Shown here piece after piece: positions 1 to 12,029 of a DNA stretch of 64,000 nucleotides. Origin of the DNA: Octopus vulgaris (Eukaryota); assembly GCA_951406725.2 (NCBI GenBank), contig OX597818.1, forward strand, positions 132,742,001-132,806,000. Direction: 5' to 3'. Below the pieces are notes generated by a model. It was not told where the DNA came from, did not search any database, and saw only the letters and a list, made by a program, of their open reading frames with translations. Within the stretch, counting starts at the first letter, position 1, and the number at the start of each line of letters is the position of its first letter. The translations under genes and the position numbers were made by a program.

Positions 1-700
1 ATACATACATACATACATACGTACGTACGTACATACATACATACATACATACATACATAAATACATAGATACATAAATACATACATACATACATACATAC
101 ATACGTACATACATACATACATACATACATACATACGTACGTACATACATACATACATACATACGTACATACATACATACATACATACATACATACATAC
201 ATACATACATACGTACGTACGTACATACATACATACATACATACATACATAAATACATAGATACATAAATACATACATACATACATACATACATACGTAC
301 ATACATACATACATACATACATACATACATACGTACGTACATACATACATACATACATACGTACATACATACATACATACATACATACATACATACATAC
401 ATACATACATACGTACGTACGTACGTACATACATACATACATACATACATACATACATACATACATACATACATACATACATACATACATACATACATAC
501 GTACATACATACATACATATTTACATACATACATACGTACATACATACATACATACATACATACGTACATACATACATACATGCATACATACATGCGTGC
601 ATACATATATACACACACACACACGCATGCATACATACATGTATACATGCATACGCACATAGAAACAAATATATGTATATGTATATATATATATATAAAC
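1..700. repeat. (ACAT)n/(ACGT)n tetranucleotide microsatellite
   Basis: Near-perfect ACAT repeats with ACGT variants, decaying into CA/TA repeats. Confidence 0.98.
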
Positions 701-969
701 AACTTATATATAAGGGCTAAAGAAAATTATTTCAATGCCAATATGCTGATAACAGACTTTTAAATCGTCAATTTCCACATATTATTTACTCGCTACAGAA
801 AAAAACATGAAGAACTGAAATCGGGGAAGCCGGCCGATAGAATTTATATATATACATATATATATATTGGTAAAACGGTAAGATAACAAAAGAAAGAAAG
901 AAAGAGACCTCATTATTATGTAAATAGAGGAAATTTATCTATAAAATATGTTACATTACTCGATAGTCA

Positions 970-1032
970 AGATAAAACTCTGAGCTTCAGATGCCGAAGT
1001 GGGAACCCACGACGCCATCTCTTCGGTTATCT
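970..1032 (-). ncRNA. Degenerate type I hammerhead ribozyme (Penelope pLTR-like), probably inactive
   Basis: Minus strand reads AGAUAA-CCGAAGA-GAUG..CAUC-U-GAAGC-UCAGA-GUU-UUAUCU; stem I AGAUAA/UUAUCU; two core substitutions; similar to 3752-3820. Confidence 0.55.
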
Positions 1033-1294
1033 GGCTATTTGAAAACGCTATGAAAAAATACCGTTATACAAAGGGAAATTACTGTGTTATAACTCTGCTT
1101 GCCTGCGTATTTATACATCGCTATATATATATATATGTATTGTTTGTGGATTAACAACGCTGCCAATGGTTTCATGTTGAAAGAATTTCCACAATCTTCA
1201 AACGATCCAATTTGAAATGTGGGAAATTGCCTCTATTTCGGATGATCGTACTAAATGCAGTGTTGAGCACTTATTCCTAATGTTCAATACTATC

Positions 1295-1331
<37 letters not shown>

Positions 1332-1335
1332 TACT

Positions 1336-1652
1336 CTGTCGGTTACGACGAAAAAGGTCCCAGATGATACGACCAACAGAACAGCCTGCTCGTGTAATTA
1401 GCGTGCAAGTGGTTGAGCATTCCACGGACACGTGTACCCTTAACGCAGTTCTCAGGGTGACTCAGCGTGACACAGAGTGTGACGAGGCTGGCCCCTTGAA
1501 ATACAGGTACTACTCACTTTTGCTAGCTGAGTGGACTGGAGCAACGGGAAAATAAAGTGTCTTGCTCAAGGACACAACGCGTTGCCGGAAATTGAAATCA
1601 CGACCTTACGATCATAAGCCGAATATCCCAACCACTAAGCCGCGCGCCTTCA
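1336..1652 (-). mobile_element. tRNA-derived SINE (family D-type head, family C-type tail)
   Basis: Minus starts GTGAAGGCGCGCGGCTTAGTGGTTGG; 3' part matches family C copies such as 13506-13881. Confidence 0.8.
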
Positions 1653-1758
1653 CGCACACACACACAAGCCCTATCTACCCATTATACATATATACATACA
1701 CACAGAAGTATACGTATGGAATAGAGATGTGCCCAAGATCCATAGATATTATGAATAA

Positions 1759-2152
1759 TCTTAATATATAAAACTGTAGTTGTGTGAGTGTCTGTCCCCT
1801 TCGATTTAGATTCCTAACTACTCCCACATTTTGCGGTGCAGTTTATCCAAAACCGGGTATCTTATAGTCGTGATTCATATCGAGCACTTCTGGGTATTAG
1901 CGCTTGTCTACGACGAGGCTACGATTTTAAAAATAATTTACCATCATTTTTTTCCATTTTCATGCATATTTTTTTAAAGGGAAGTAACTCTCTAAAAATG
2001 TCTACGATGAGTCAACGATTTTAAAAAAAATCTACCATCATATTTTTTCCATTTTTAATGCATTTATTTGCTATTTTTTGGCTATAACTCTCTAAAAATC
2101 CTGTATAGTTATTTCCCTTACAAACCCGAGCAACGCCGGGCGATACTGCTAG
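1759..2152 (+). mobile_element. Non-autonomous Helitron
   Basis: A|TC start, subterminal hairpin CCCGAGCAACGCCGGG (2125-2140), CTAG|T end; same 3' end occurs reversed at 19632. Confidence 0.8.
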
Positions 2153-2265
2153 TAGTTGATAACATCCTATAGGCGTGAGTATATCTTCACAATTGAACAT
2201 GTAGCATGCAGAAACGTATGTCGCAATACATTAATAAATTTTCATCCACAAGTCATTATCGTTAT

Positions 2266-2501
2266 TACCTATTTCTTTATTACCCACAAGGGGCTAAACA
2301 CAGAGGGGACTAACAAGGACAGACATAGGTATTAAGTCGATTACATCGACCCCAGTGCGTAACTGGTACTTAATTTATCGACCCCCGAAAGGATGGAAGG
2401 CAAAGTCGACCTCGGCGGAATTTGAACTCAGAACGTAACGGCAGACGAAATACGGCTACGTATTTCGCCCGGCGTGCTAACGTTTCTGCCAGCTCGCCGC
2501 C
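2266..2501 (-). mobile_element. SINE family A
   Basis: Minus GGCGGCGAGCTGGCAGAAACGTTAGC head, GTTCAAATTCC B-box, CCTTTCGGGG..GTCGATAAATTAAGTACCAG core; about 20 copies in window. Confidence 0.9.
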
Positions 2502-2610
2502 TTACCACACGCACGCACACACACACACACACCTACCTACCTACCTACATACATACATACATACATACATACATACATCCATAGAAATATAGAAATCCAT
2601 ATATATATAT

Positions 2611-2830
2611 CACCTTCGAAACGTAGAGTAGATGAAACCATGGCGACTGAAGAAGGGTTTTTTTCTTTGTGTTATTTGTCCTGTACTCTATTTTTTTGTT
2701 GTTTAAAAAAATGTCCAGTTCCTTGGGTTTGTGTCTATGTTTTCGTTTCTCATTGTGTTCGACGTTTTTTTGGTGTCCTGTACTCATATATGCGTGTATA
2801 TATACATGAAGAGGTTGGTACGTACATATA
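2611..2830 (+). mobile_element. Penelope-like pLTR 3' fragment inserted in (TA)n
   Basis: Begins with hammerhead 3' half CGAAAC-GTAGA-GTA; T-rich body; flanked by duplicated CATAGAAATATAGAAATCCATATA. Confidence 0.45.
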
Positions 2831-2862
2831 TGTATATATATATGCATATGTTTTATTTATTA

Positions 2863-2902
<40 letters not shown>

Positions 2903-3249
2903 GAAATATAGAAATCCATATAAATATATATATGAGAAAATTAGAGGAAATGAGGTTGAAGAACCTTGGGGGCAAAGTTGTAATAACTAGAACCAGAGTC
3001 ACTGACGTATAAAAAGGGATGAAAGATACTAAGCTTATCTGTCTTGATATTTTTATTGATTTTGTGTCTACGATTCCTGTTTGGCAGACATGGTATTCAG
3101 TTATTGGCCATATAAACACGTCCATAAATCAAAGTCGCTCGTAGGCTGTTCGGTCACACGTATATATACACACAAATATGTGCATCCATACACTAGATGC
3201 ACATATACACGGGAACACACACACACACACACATATATTTATATATATA

Positions 3250-3641
3250 CTCTTTTACTTGTTTCAGTCATTTGACTGCGGCCATGCTGGAGCACCGCCT
3301 TTAGTCGAGCAAATCGACCCCAGGACTTATTCTTTGTAAGCCCAGTACTTATTCTATCGGTCTCTTTTGCCGAACCGCTAAGTGACGGGGACGTAAACAC
3401 ACCAGCATCGGTTGTCAAGCAATGCTAGGGGGACAAACACAGACACACAAACACACACATACATACATATATATATATATACATATATACGACAGGCTTC
3501 TTTCAGTTTCCGTCAACCAAATCCACTCACAAGGCATTGGTCGGCCCGGGGCTATAGCAGAAGACACTTGCCCAAGATGCCACGCAGTGGGACTGAACCC
3601 GGAACCAGGTGCTTGGTTAGCAAGCTACTTACCACACAGCC
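3250..3641 (-). mobile_element. SINE family B
   Basis: Minus GGCTGTGTGGTAAGTAGCTTGC..GGTTCAGTCCC head, internal (TA)/(TG) tract, AAGTAAAAGAG tail. Confidence 0.9.
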
Positions 3642-3751
3642 ATACATATGTATACACACATACATATATAATATGACAACTAAAGAATAAATGAGACCCC
3701 GATATTATGTAAAATAACGGAATTTATCTATAAATATAATATATATTAAGA

Positions 3752-3820
3752 TCTTAATAACTGATGAGATGCCGGAGCAGACTTCAACCCCGGTGTCCGA
3801 AACACTGAGTATTATTATGA
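3752..3820 (+). ncRNA. Minimal type I hammerhead ribozyme
   Basis: UCUUAAUAA-CUGAUGA-GAUGCCGG..CCGGUGUC-C-GAAAC-ACUGA-GUA-UUAUUAUGA; stem I 8/9 pairs, stem II 8 pairs, intact core, GUA triplet. Confidence 0.75.
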
Positions 3821-3832
3821 CAACCAACTAAT

Positions 3833-3906
<74 letters not shown>

Positions 3907-4134
3907 ATATATTTAGAGTATTTAGGAAATTACTTGATACAGTTATACTCTATCAAGAAAGATTTTTAAAAAACGTTAACATTAAGTAAAAGACTTTTTA
4001 GAGCGTATTGTGTAGGCCTTAATAAAGCCTACATACAATTTGTGAAATTCCTTCCTAAAAGTCAGTACCATTCTACTCTTTATAAAGATTTTTCTTGATC
4101 TTAACTTTTTGAAAAAATCTTTCTCTAAATATAT

Positions 4135-4314
4135 AGGCAGCTATTTTGGGGAGGAGATGAGTCGATAACATCGAATCCAGTGTTTCACGAGTACTTACTT
4201 TCTCGATCTCAAAAGGATGAAAGGCAAAGTTGATCTCGGAATTTGAACTCAGAACGTAGCGACAGACGAAATACCGCTCGCCCGGCGTGCTAACGATTCT
4301 GCCAGTTCGCCGCC
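4135..4314 (-). mobile_element. SINE family A
   Basis: Matches family A head and core. Confidence 0.85.
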
Positions 4315-4419
4315 TTTCTAAATATCAATAATATTAATACGCTAACTTTTTGTTTTTATACGTACCTGTTGTGTGCGTCACACTTCTTTGAAGTGGCAAA
4401 GCGAGAGAGACAGGAGAAC

Positions 4420-4830
4420 AGAGAGGAAGTAAGAGAAAAAGAGAAAGAGAGAAAGTGAGAGAGTGAGAAAGAGAGAGTGAAAGAGACAGTGAGTGATGAC
4501 GGCGTTTGCTTTGTTTTTAAATATTTCAGATAGGATGTAAGAGAGAAAGAAAGAGAGTGGGAGCGAAAGTGAGAGAGTGAGAGAGACAGTAAGTGGTAAT
4601 GGCGTTCGTTTTGTGTTTTTAAATGTTTCAGAAAAGAAGTAAGACAGAGTGAAAGAGAGTTAGAGAGAAAATGAGAGTGAGAGAGAAAGTGAGTGGTGAC
4701 GGCGTTCGTTTTGTGTTTTGAAATGTTTCAGAGAGGACGTAAGAGAGAAAGTGAGAGAGAAAGAGAGAGAGAGTGAAAGAGACAGTGAGTGGTGATGGCG
4801 TTTGTTTTGCGTTTTTAAATGTTTATCACA
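4420..4830. repeat. ~100-bp GA-rich minisatellite, about 4 units
   Basis: Recurrent GTGAGTGGTGACGGCGTTCGTTTTGTGTTTT..AAATGTTTCAGA near 4490, 4590, 4690, 4785. Confidence 0.85.
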
Positions 4831-5340
4831 TCGCAAGAGAGGTAGATACATAGATACATATACACATTGTTAAATCAAAAGCAGGAGAGAAGAGTGACAC
4901 ATAGAAAGTGAAAGAGAAACAGAGAAAGTGATAGAGACAGTAGATGCATAAATCCAAAGAAAAGTTCATAGATACATAGACACAGCAAATATTGGCTGTC
5001 AATTTCACTTTTCATTACCACATGAGGATAAAATGAACTCACAAATGGTTGAGTACTCTACAGACATGCATAACATTAACCTAGTTCTCAGAGAGATTCA
5101 GCTTCACACAGAGTATGACAAGGCTAGACCCTTTGAATTACAGCTACAGCTCGAGACATATATATATGAATATATTTGTGTGTGTGTGTATAGTGTAGGT
5201 TAGTTAAAACACGTTTGCAATAATAAGTGTCACGTGGTAGAAATAAACGCAATTACCAAACTTTCATTCATAAATCCATTTAATATTTCGTTCTTTTGCA
5301 TTCCAATTTGTACATTTGTACCCAGAAATTTTCAACAACT

Positions 5341-5581
5341 GCACGCCAGAAGAAATGAAAAATCGAGTAATTTTATCTCCTAAAAATTCTGTCTTGCAAT
5401 AAATGAAAAAAAGTCTTACCTGCAAGAATGAAGAAGAGGTTCAGAACTATCCATTTTAATTCATAAACTCACTCACTCCATCCGGTTTGCCTCCTCATCA
5501 CCTCAACTTAAAAGTAGGGGCTGTTGTAATGCTGCTAAGAAATCTTCCGATCAGTTATAGATTATGTAATGGAATTCGCAT
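5341..5581 (+). pseudogene. Helitron Rep-Hel Pif1-like helicase fragment
   Basis: Translates [47 protein letters not shown], Pif1-family motifs, with stop and frameshift. Confidence 0.9.
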
Positions 5582-6095
5582 TGTAGTGTAGAATATATGT
5601 TCAGTATCAAGTATTGAAATGGCTGTGTGTATATTATAAGAAGAATTCTTACAAAGAAAGAGAATAAATTTAAGAACTATATATTTACTACATAAAAATA
5701 TATTTTATTCATTTGTTGTCGATGAAACGTAATCAAAATGTAGAATCTAGTTGAATGAAGTAATCTATGCGAGGAAGTTCAGAAATGTAGAAATAACAGC
5801 TAAATGGTGGTTTTCAGTTATGTGGCATAGAGAAATAGACAGGCATAGCAACGGTGTGAATGGCTCAGAGTCTAGTCGACTAAGAAACAAAGAGCAGGGC
5901 AAGCAAGCTGTTTTATTAATGGAGCGCTAAACATTCTAGAAACTTCCAAGAGAAACGCAAAGCTTCTTGGATAATTAAGAATTACTTCTCATGACGTAGG
6001 TGTTTTGAGAAACTTTTTAAAGGGAGATAACTCTATAAATCTACTTGCAAGATAGATCATTCAACTATTTTAACCACAGACCACAGACTACTACA
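5582..6095 (-). mobile_element. Ty3/Gypsy 3' LTR (~514 bp)
   Basis: TGTAGT...ACTACA termini; purine tract AAGGGGG immediately upstream on minus strand; adjoins integrase remnant. Confidence 0.8.
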
Positions 6096-6302
6096 CACCC
6101 CCTTGGCAGAATTAACGTTACGCCATAATGAAAATAACAAATGTATACATCATAAAACGTCAAACTATAGGAACAATATCACAGTTCAAATGTAATAAAT
6201 GCTTGTTAAATTTTGGGGCTAATACACCTATCTACCGCTTTTGGTAGTCCGAGTTTGTGAAGTTGTGTTTTAAGGATGCATTTGTAATGCTGTGTGTGTT
6301 GT

Positions 6303-6563
6303 CTATAGTGGGGTTGGAAATAGTTTTTTAATGTGAGCCCTTTTTAGTTTATCAACAGAAATAGTGTCTTTACGAACGTTAGTGTCTAAAATGAAAACTT
6401 TATCTGTACGAGAAAGTACGTGAAAGGATCCTGAATACGGTGCTGCTAAAGGATGTTTAATGGCATCGTTACGAAGAAAAACATGAGTCCAGGAAAAATA
6501 GTCCTTAGGCAAATATGTTTTAATGTCTTCTTTTCTGGTGTTCATATGCAGTAACTTTGACAT
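6303..6563 (-). pseudogene. Ty3/Gypsy integrase C-terminal (GPY/F module) remnant
   Basis: HVFLRNDAIKHPLAAPYSGSFHVLSRTDKVFILDTNVRKDTISVDKLK resembles the Gypsy integrase C-terminus. Confidence 0.85.
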
Positions 6564-6616
6564 ATAATCACGTAAGCGTTCAACGCAATTTGTAGTGTCT
6601 CAATATAATAAGTTTT

Positions 6617-6849
6617 TTATTTCTTTATTGCCCACAAGGGGCTAAACATAGAGGGGACAAACAAGGACAAACAAACGGATTAAGTCGATTACATCGACCC
6701 CAGTGCATAACTGGTACTTAATTTATCGACCCCGAAAGGATGAAAGGCAAAGTCGACCTCGACGGAATTTGATATCAGAACGTAACGGCAGACGAAATAC
6801 GGCTACGCATTTCGCCCGGCGTGCTAACGTTTCTGCCAGCTCGCCGCCT
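6617..6849 (-). mobile_element. SINE family A
   Basis: Family A sequence flanked by AATAAGTTT duplication. Confidence 0.9.
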
Positions 6850-6861
6850 AAATAAGTTTAA

Positions 6862-6984
6862 TAAGTTTCTCAAAACACTTACGTCATGAGAAGTAATTCT
6901 TAATTATTCAAGAAGCTTCGCGTTTCTCTTGGAAGTTTCTAGAATGTTTAGTGCTCCATTAATAAAAACATCTTGCTTGCCCTG
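6862..6984 (+). repeat. Inverted partial copy of the Gypsy LTR
   Basis: Reverse complement of ~5895-6014 with few mismatches. Confidence 0.85.
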
Positions 6985-7659
6985 TACAAACGATAGAGAG
7001 ACTTAAAAGGATGGAAGAAAGGCGTTATAAGTTCAACAGCTGTTTCTGGGAGCTCATGTATATATATGTATGTGTATATGTATATAATATATATATCTGT
7101 GTATATACATGTATGAATGCATGTATACATATTCTTGCTTATATGTATTGGTGAACATTTGTGCCTATAAACAGAAAATTTCTTAATATATGGAGAAAAA
7201 TGTGAATATCTCATTAGAAACCGAGGCTTGCTCAATTACAACCCTGCAATTATTTCACACTGCCAATTATTCAGACGTGTGAAGTAAGAAAGTAGCCTGA
7301 CAATATGTAAAGAAAAATATTCGCAAACATATCTTTAGTTAACTACCCATCAATATTAGATTGGTCACTAAAAAAGTAAATAAATAAATATAAGCTACAA
7401 AAATCTATCATACATTCACGTATTGACTAAATAAGCACAGAACACTTAATATTTCCTCTATTTACGTGAGAAAACGGGATATGTTCATATCTTCGATATC
7501 GTACGTAAAACACATATAAGCAAGGAAGGTAACTTTTGTTAACGGAGGTTTAGTGTTGCTGAATAAATTGATTTTTTTTTACTGATATTAGCATCTTCTA
7601 GGGTACAGAAAATTGATTATTTAGGAAATAGACTACTTTGACTAACTGGTAGTGGGAGC

Positions 7660-8040
7660 CGGCTAAATAAATAGCAATTAAAGTATGTACACGAATTAAT
7701 GAACTCAAATCTATTTTGTTTTTTAATCGCAAAAGTCAGTAATAAAGCATTATACTTCGCTGATAGGCAGATATCGCACCTTCTGGAAATATAATCGTAA
7801 TGTTGTTGGCAGTAGTGTTCTAGAATAGAGCAATCGATTTTATAATTGTTAATACCATCAGCCTTTAAATTCCAGATATATCTGGACAGTGAAGTGGTAA
7901 AAAGTTCCTGTGGGTGTTAAAATGTATACCTATGTTGAGAAATTTTTCTTGAGGATTTTCATTAAGCATACAGCATTTTGTTTCTGGTATCTGAAATGGA
8001 AACGTTAGCTCGATAAACTAATGTTTTAGAGAATTCATGT
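7660..8040 (-). pseudogene. Penelope-like element GIY-YIG C-terminal remnant
   Basis: Minus translates QHRYTF..TSLSRYIWNLKADGINNYKIDCSILE..RRCDICLSAK..NRFEFINSC, like the PLE LSKYIW..CxLCLxEK motif. Confidence 0.75.
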
Positions 8041-8652
8041 CGACATATAACAATGAAAACATTTACGGTCTTATAAAGTAATGAATAAAATTATTAATCC
8101 TTCACTGATAATCACTAATCTATTTCTTAAACTCCAAAATAAAGTGTTGCCTCGATAGTTTGAGTTTACAGCAATATATTGTCTATACAGGTGCGAAAAG
8201 AGTGAGAGATAGAGAGAGAAGGGGAGAAGAGAAAGTGAAGGAAAGAGAGAGGGGGAGTAGGAAAGTTGAAGAGAGAGAATTAGAGGGAGAGATTGAAATG
8301 ACAGGTTGAATATAAAAAAGCAAAGTGAGAGATTAAGTGTGAGAAGAGAATGAGGATTAGAGGAAGTGATAGGTAGATTAAGAACACCAATATTTACTGC
8401 ATCATACTCTATCATACAGGTTACATTTTCTATGGCATCTTATGCTTCATAATATAGCAGAGGTTGCAATTAATGACCACATTTACATTTCATAATATTA
8501 TTAGATATTGTAGTATACAGCGATATTTACGTTCCATTTTATGATATAGATTACGTGATGTAATATTGCATTTTAGTGTGTTAATCGCAGCACTTCATAA
8601 TTCAATAGTTTTGGTTTACAGCAATATTTACGTCTCATTATTTTTACGGGAT

Positions 8653-9000
8653 GGTGGTGGTGGTGACCCCCTTCGGTCAGACACTGACCATGGGTTTGCA
8701 CCTAGAGAGTTACCCTCTGAGGCACAAGTCTGGGCAAGGTTGTTTTATGGAAGACCAACAGTCGCCCATGCATACCGGCCTCCCCTCTCCACGTCACCGA
8801 TGTTGTCCAAGGGAAAGGCAAGGGCCGATACAGCTTGGCACCTGTGACGTTGCAACTCATTTCTACAGCTGAGTGAACTGGAGCAACGTGAAATAAAGTG
8901 TCTTGCTCAAGAACACAACACGCAGCCCGGTTCGGGATTCGAGCTCACAACCTCACGATCGTAAGCTCGACGCTCTAACCACTGAGCCACGCGCCTTCAC
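8653..9000 (-). mobile_element. tRNA-derived SINE family D (CORE-like)
   Basis: Minus GTGAAGGCGCGTGGCTCAGTGGTTAGAGCG head, CTTGAGCAAGACACTTT; TSD TTTTTACGGGAT (8641/9002). Confidence 0.9.
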
Positions 9001-9105
9001 TTTTTTACGGGATACATTTTCAAAAAGAACAAGGTGCTTTATTTCACAGTGTGACACAGGTTTTAGTTGAAAATAATGCTGATGTTCATATCTAATCCGA
9101 TATAA

Positions 9106-9520
9106 GGCGGCGAGCTGGCAGAAACGTTAGCACGTCGGGCGAAATGCGTAGCCGTATTTCGCCTGCCGTTACGTTGTGGGTTCAAATTCCGACGAGGTCG
9201 ACTTTGCCTTTCATCCTTTCGGGGTCGATAAATTAAGTACCAGTTACGCACTGGGATCGATGTAATCGACTTAATACCTATGTCTGTCCTTGTTAGTCCC
9301 CTCTATGTTTAGCCCCTTGTGGGTAATAAAGAAATAGGTATTTCGGTTGTCTTTACGTTCTGAGTTCAAATTCCGCCGAGGTCGACTTTACCTTTCATCT
9401 TTTCGGGGTCGATTAAATAAGCACCTGTTACGCACTGGAATCGATATAATCGACTCAATCCGTTTGTTTGTCCTTGTTTGTCCCCTCTGTGTGTAGCCCC
9501 TTGTAGGCAACAAAGAAATA
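9106..9520 (+). mobile_element. SINE family A, two-unit form
   Basis: Head plus two body units; 17-bp TSD CATATCTAATCCGATAT. Confidence 0.92.
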
Positions 9521-9939
9521 CATATCTAATCCGATATCATTAATCATAGTCCAAAAACACCACCGGTTATATTGGATCAACAGCTGATCTCATGTTATTA
9601 GGGAAATGGAGTTCTCACACAGGCAATGTTTGATACAATCCTTTATTATTTTTGGAGCTTCTTGGTATTTAACGAAAATACCCAACCAGAAGTTCACCTT
9701 GAACAGTTTATTATTCCTCATTAGTGGTTTCAATAGAATATATTTATACGTAGTACATTCACGAAGAGCATTACTGTTTATGTTTTTTCAAGAGAACGGC
9801 ATTTTCTCTTCTTCCAGAATTTTCTGAGGAAATTTGTATAGATGAAAATGTTATGTTAAGGGTGTTGTACAAAATGTCCTCACATGGACAGATGCATATT
9901 CACCAACTGTAAAATCTAACCTCAGGACCACAAATTTTT

Positions 9940-10116
9940 CCCCCTTGTGGGTAGTAAAGTAATAGGTATTTCGTCTGTCTTTATGTTCTGAGTTCAAATT
10001 CCGCCGATGTCGGCTTTACCTTTCGGTAAATTAAGTACCAGTTGCATACTGGCATCGATCTAATCGACTGTACCTCTTCCCCCAAAATTTCGGGCTTTGT
10101 GCCTAGAGCAGAAAAG
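9940..10116 (+). mobile_element. SINE family A, 5'-truncated
   Basis: Unit junction AATAGGTATTTCG followed by a body with the alternative tail. Confidence 0.8.
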
Positions 10117-10298
10117 GTTATACCGCCTTCCATAGAAGATACGAAAGAGAGGTAACCATGACCTGAGAGAAAGCCACAACTTTATAATTAATCAACCAGT
10201 ACTAGTGACTGATTTGAGCTTGTAGGCAGCCCAGCCCAGCCTGAACAAATACATAAGAATTAGCGCGAAACAGACGGACAATAAACAAACTTTAGGTG

Positions 10299-10670
10299 AG
10301 TTCAAATATGTTTGTAACATATTTTAACTTCTAAAGGCAATTTCACTACATTTCATTCCGAAGAAAATTCTCGCTTATGTTAAAAGGTATAAATGCAGTC
10401 GGGCGATCTTCGAGTGCAAATCAATCACGAAAATTGAGAGACTTATTATAAAGTGACGGCTTTGTGGCAACTCAATGTTGTTACTTCCCTTTTGTATCCT
10501 CTACTGAAGATGCATTAAGAATCAGAAATGAATTTTAGAGGCATAGAGAAGGCACCACTGGGTTGATACGGGTGTATTTGCACCTTTTATCATGAGCGAA
10601 ATTTTTTCTCCCCTAAACTGCAGTGAAATTGCCTTTAAAAGTTGAAATATGTCACAAGCATATCTGAATT
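10299..10670 (+). mobile_element. Fold-back element with ~100-bp inverted ends and an internal hammerhead-like motif
   Basis: 10299-10397 is an imperfect reverse complement of 10573-10670; CCUCUA-CUGAAGA..GAAA..UAGAGG at 10498-10541. Confidence 0.65.
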
Positions 10671-10672
10671 AA

Positions 10673-10796
<124 letters not shown>

Positions 10797-10803
10797 TTAT
10801 ATG

Positions 10804-10834
<31 letters not shown>

Positions 10835-11469
10835 ATATGTATGTATATGTGTGTGTGTGTATAGTTGTAGTTTATAGAATAATTCTTCCAATAAACACAC
10901 GCACTGATTGTACATATTATCAAATTATCAATTAACTAATTAGTTAATTAATTAATTAATTAATCAGTTAATTAATCGTTTAGCGAAAGCCCTTTCGTCT
11001 CACGTTGTGACCTTATTGATGACGTCTTCCTTACTCCGTATAAATATACGCTTTCTCCGTACAACGTGCTGATTTTTCATTTTAAGAAACCATCGACCGA
11101 ACAGATTTGAATTATAATTTACAATGTAAGGTATAATCAAGTTAACGCAGATTATGCTTTTTGCGTCGATTCTTGAAATTTTTCCAGGGTATAACTTTTT
11201 GCAGGGTATAAATGTTTCTTCTACAATCAAACAAAAAATTGAGGACCCTCAAAATAATATTTGTATCTGCCAATGTCTTTATCCAAAAAAATTCAAGCAT
11301 CAATCTTTTAAGCATATCCCTATGTTAATCATATTCAGATTACAAACCGTCTGACGTATAACTAATATTCGGCATTGGACTTGAGAATAATATTTTCTGT
11401 ATTTGCTGATATCATGGGTAATTGTATTATATGATGGTGTTTGTAAACATTATATTGTGTAGTTTGTAC

Positions 11470-11858
11470 AGGAGTGGCTGTGTGGTAAGTAGCTTGCTAA
11501 CCAACCACATGGTTCTGGGTTCAGTCCCACTGCGTGGCATCTTGGGCAAGTGTCTTCCGCTATAGCCCCGGGCCGACCAATGCCTTGTGAGTGGATATGG
11601 TAGACGGAAACTGAAAGAAGCCTGTCATATATATATGTGTGTGTGTGTTTGTGTGCCTGTGTTTGTCCCCCCAACATTGCTTGACAACCGATGCTGGTGT
11701 GTTTACGTCCTCGTTACTTAGCAGTTCGGCAAAAAGAGTCCGATAGAATAAGTACTGGGCTTACAAAGAGTAAGTCCCGGGGTCGATTTGCTCGACTAAA
11801 GGCGGTGCTCCAGCATGGCCGCAGTCAAATGACTGAAACAAGTAAAAGAGTAAAAGAG
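11470..11858 (+). mobile_element. SINE family B
   Basis: Full head, body and tail of family B. Confidence 0.9.
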
Positions 11859-12029
11859 TTTCTATTGTCTCTGCTGCTGGAGCGTTGGTGAACACAATTT
11901 CTAGTCTAAGCTAAAGCTGTTGCCTATTTTGCAGGTTCCACAGGCAAGTCATATAAAAATATATGGAGAAGCCTTGGTTTCTCACTTATGGTCTACTTTC
12001 GCAGTGTTTTATGAGACCACTATAGATAT

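Noticed and set aside
1157-1204. Hammerhead-like motif on the minus strand (UUGAAGA..GAAAC..GCA)
   Set aside because: Two core mismatches and a very short stem I; too degenerate to call
11000-11440. Possible Penelope linker-region remnant on the minus strand
   Set aside because: Only a vague IIPYIVNYNSNL resemblance; no diagnostic motif
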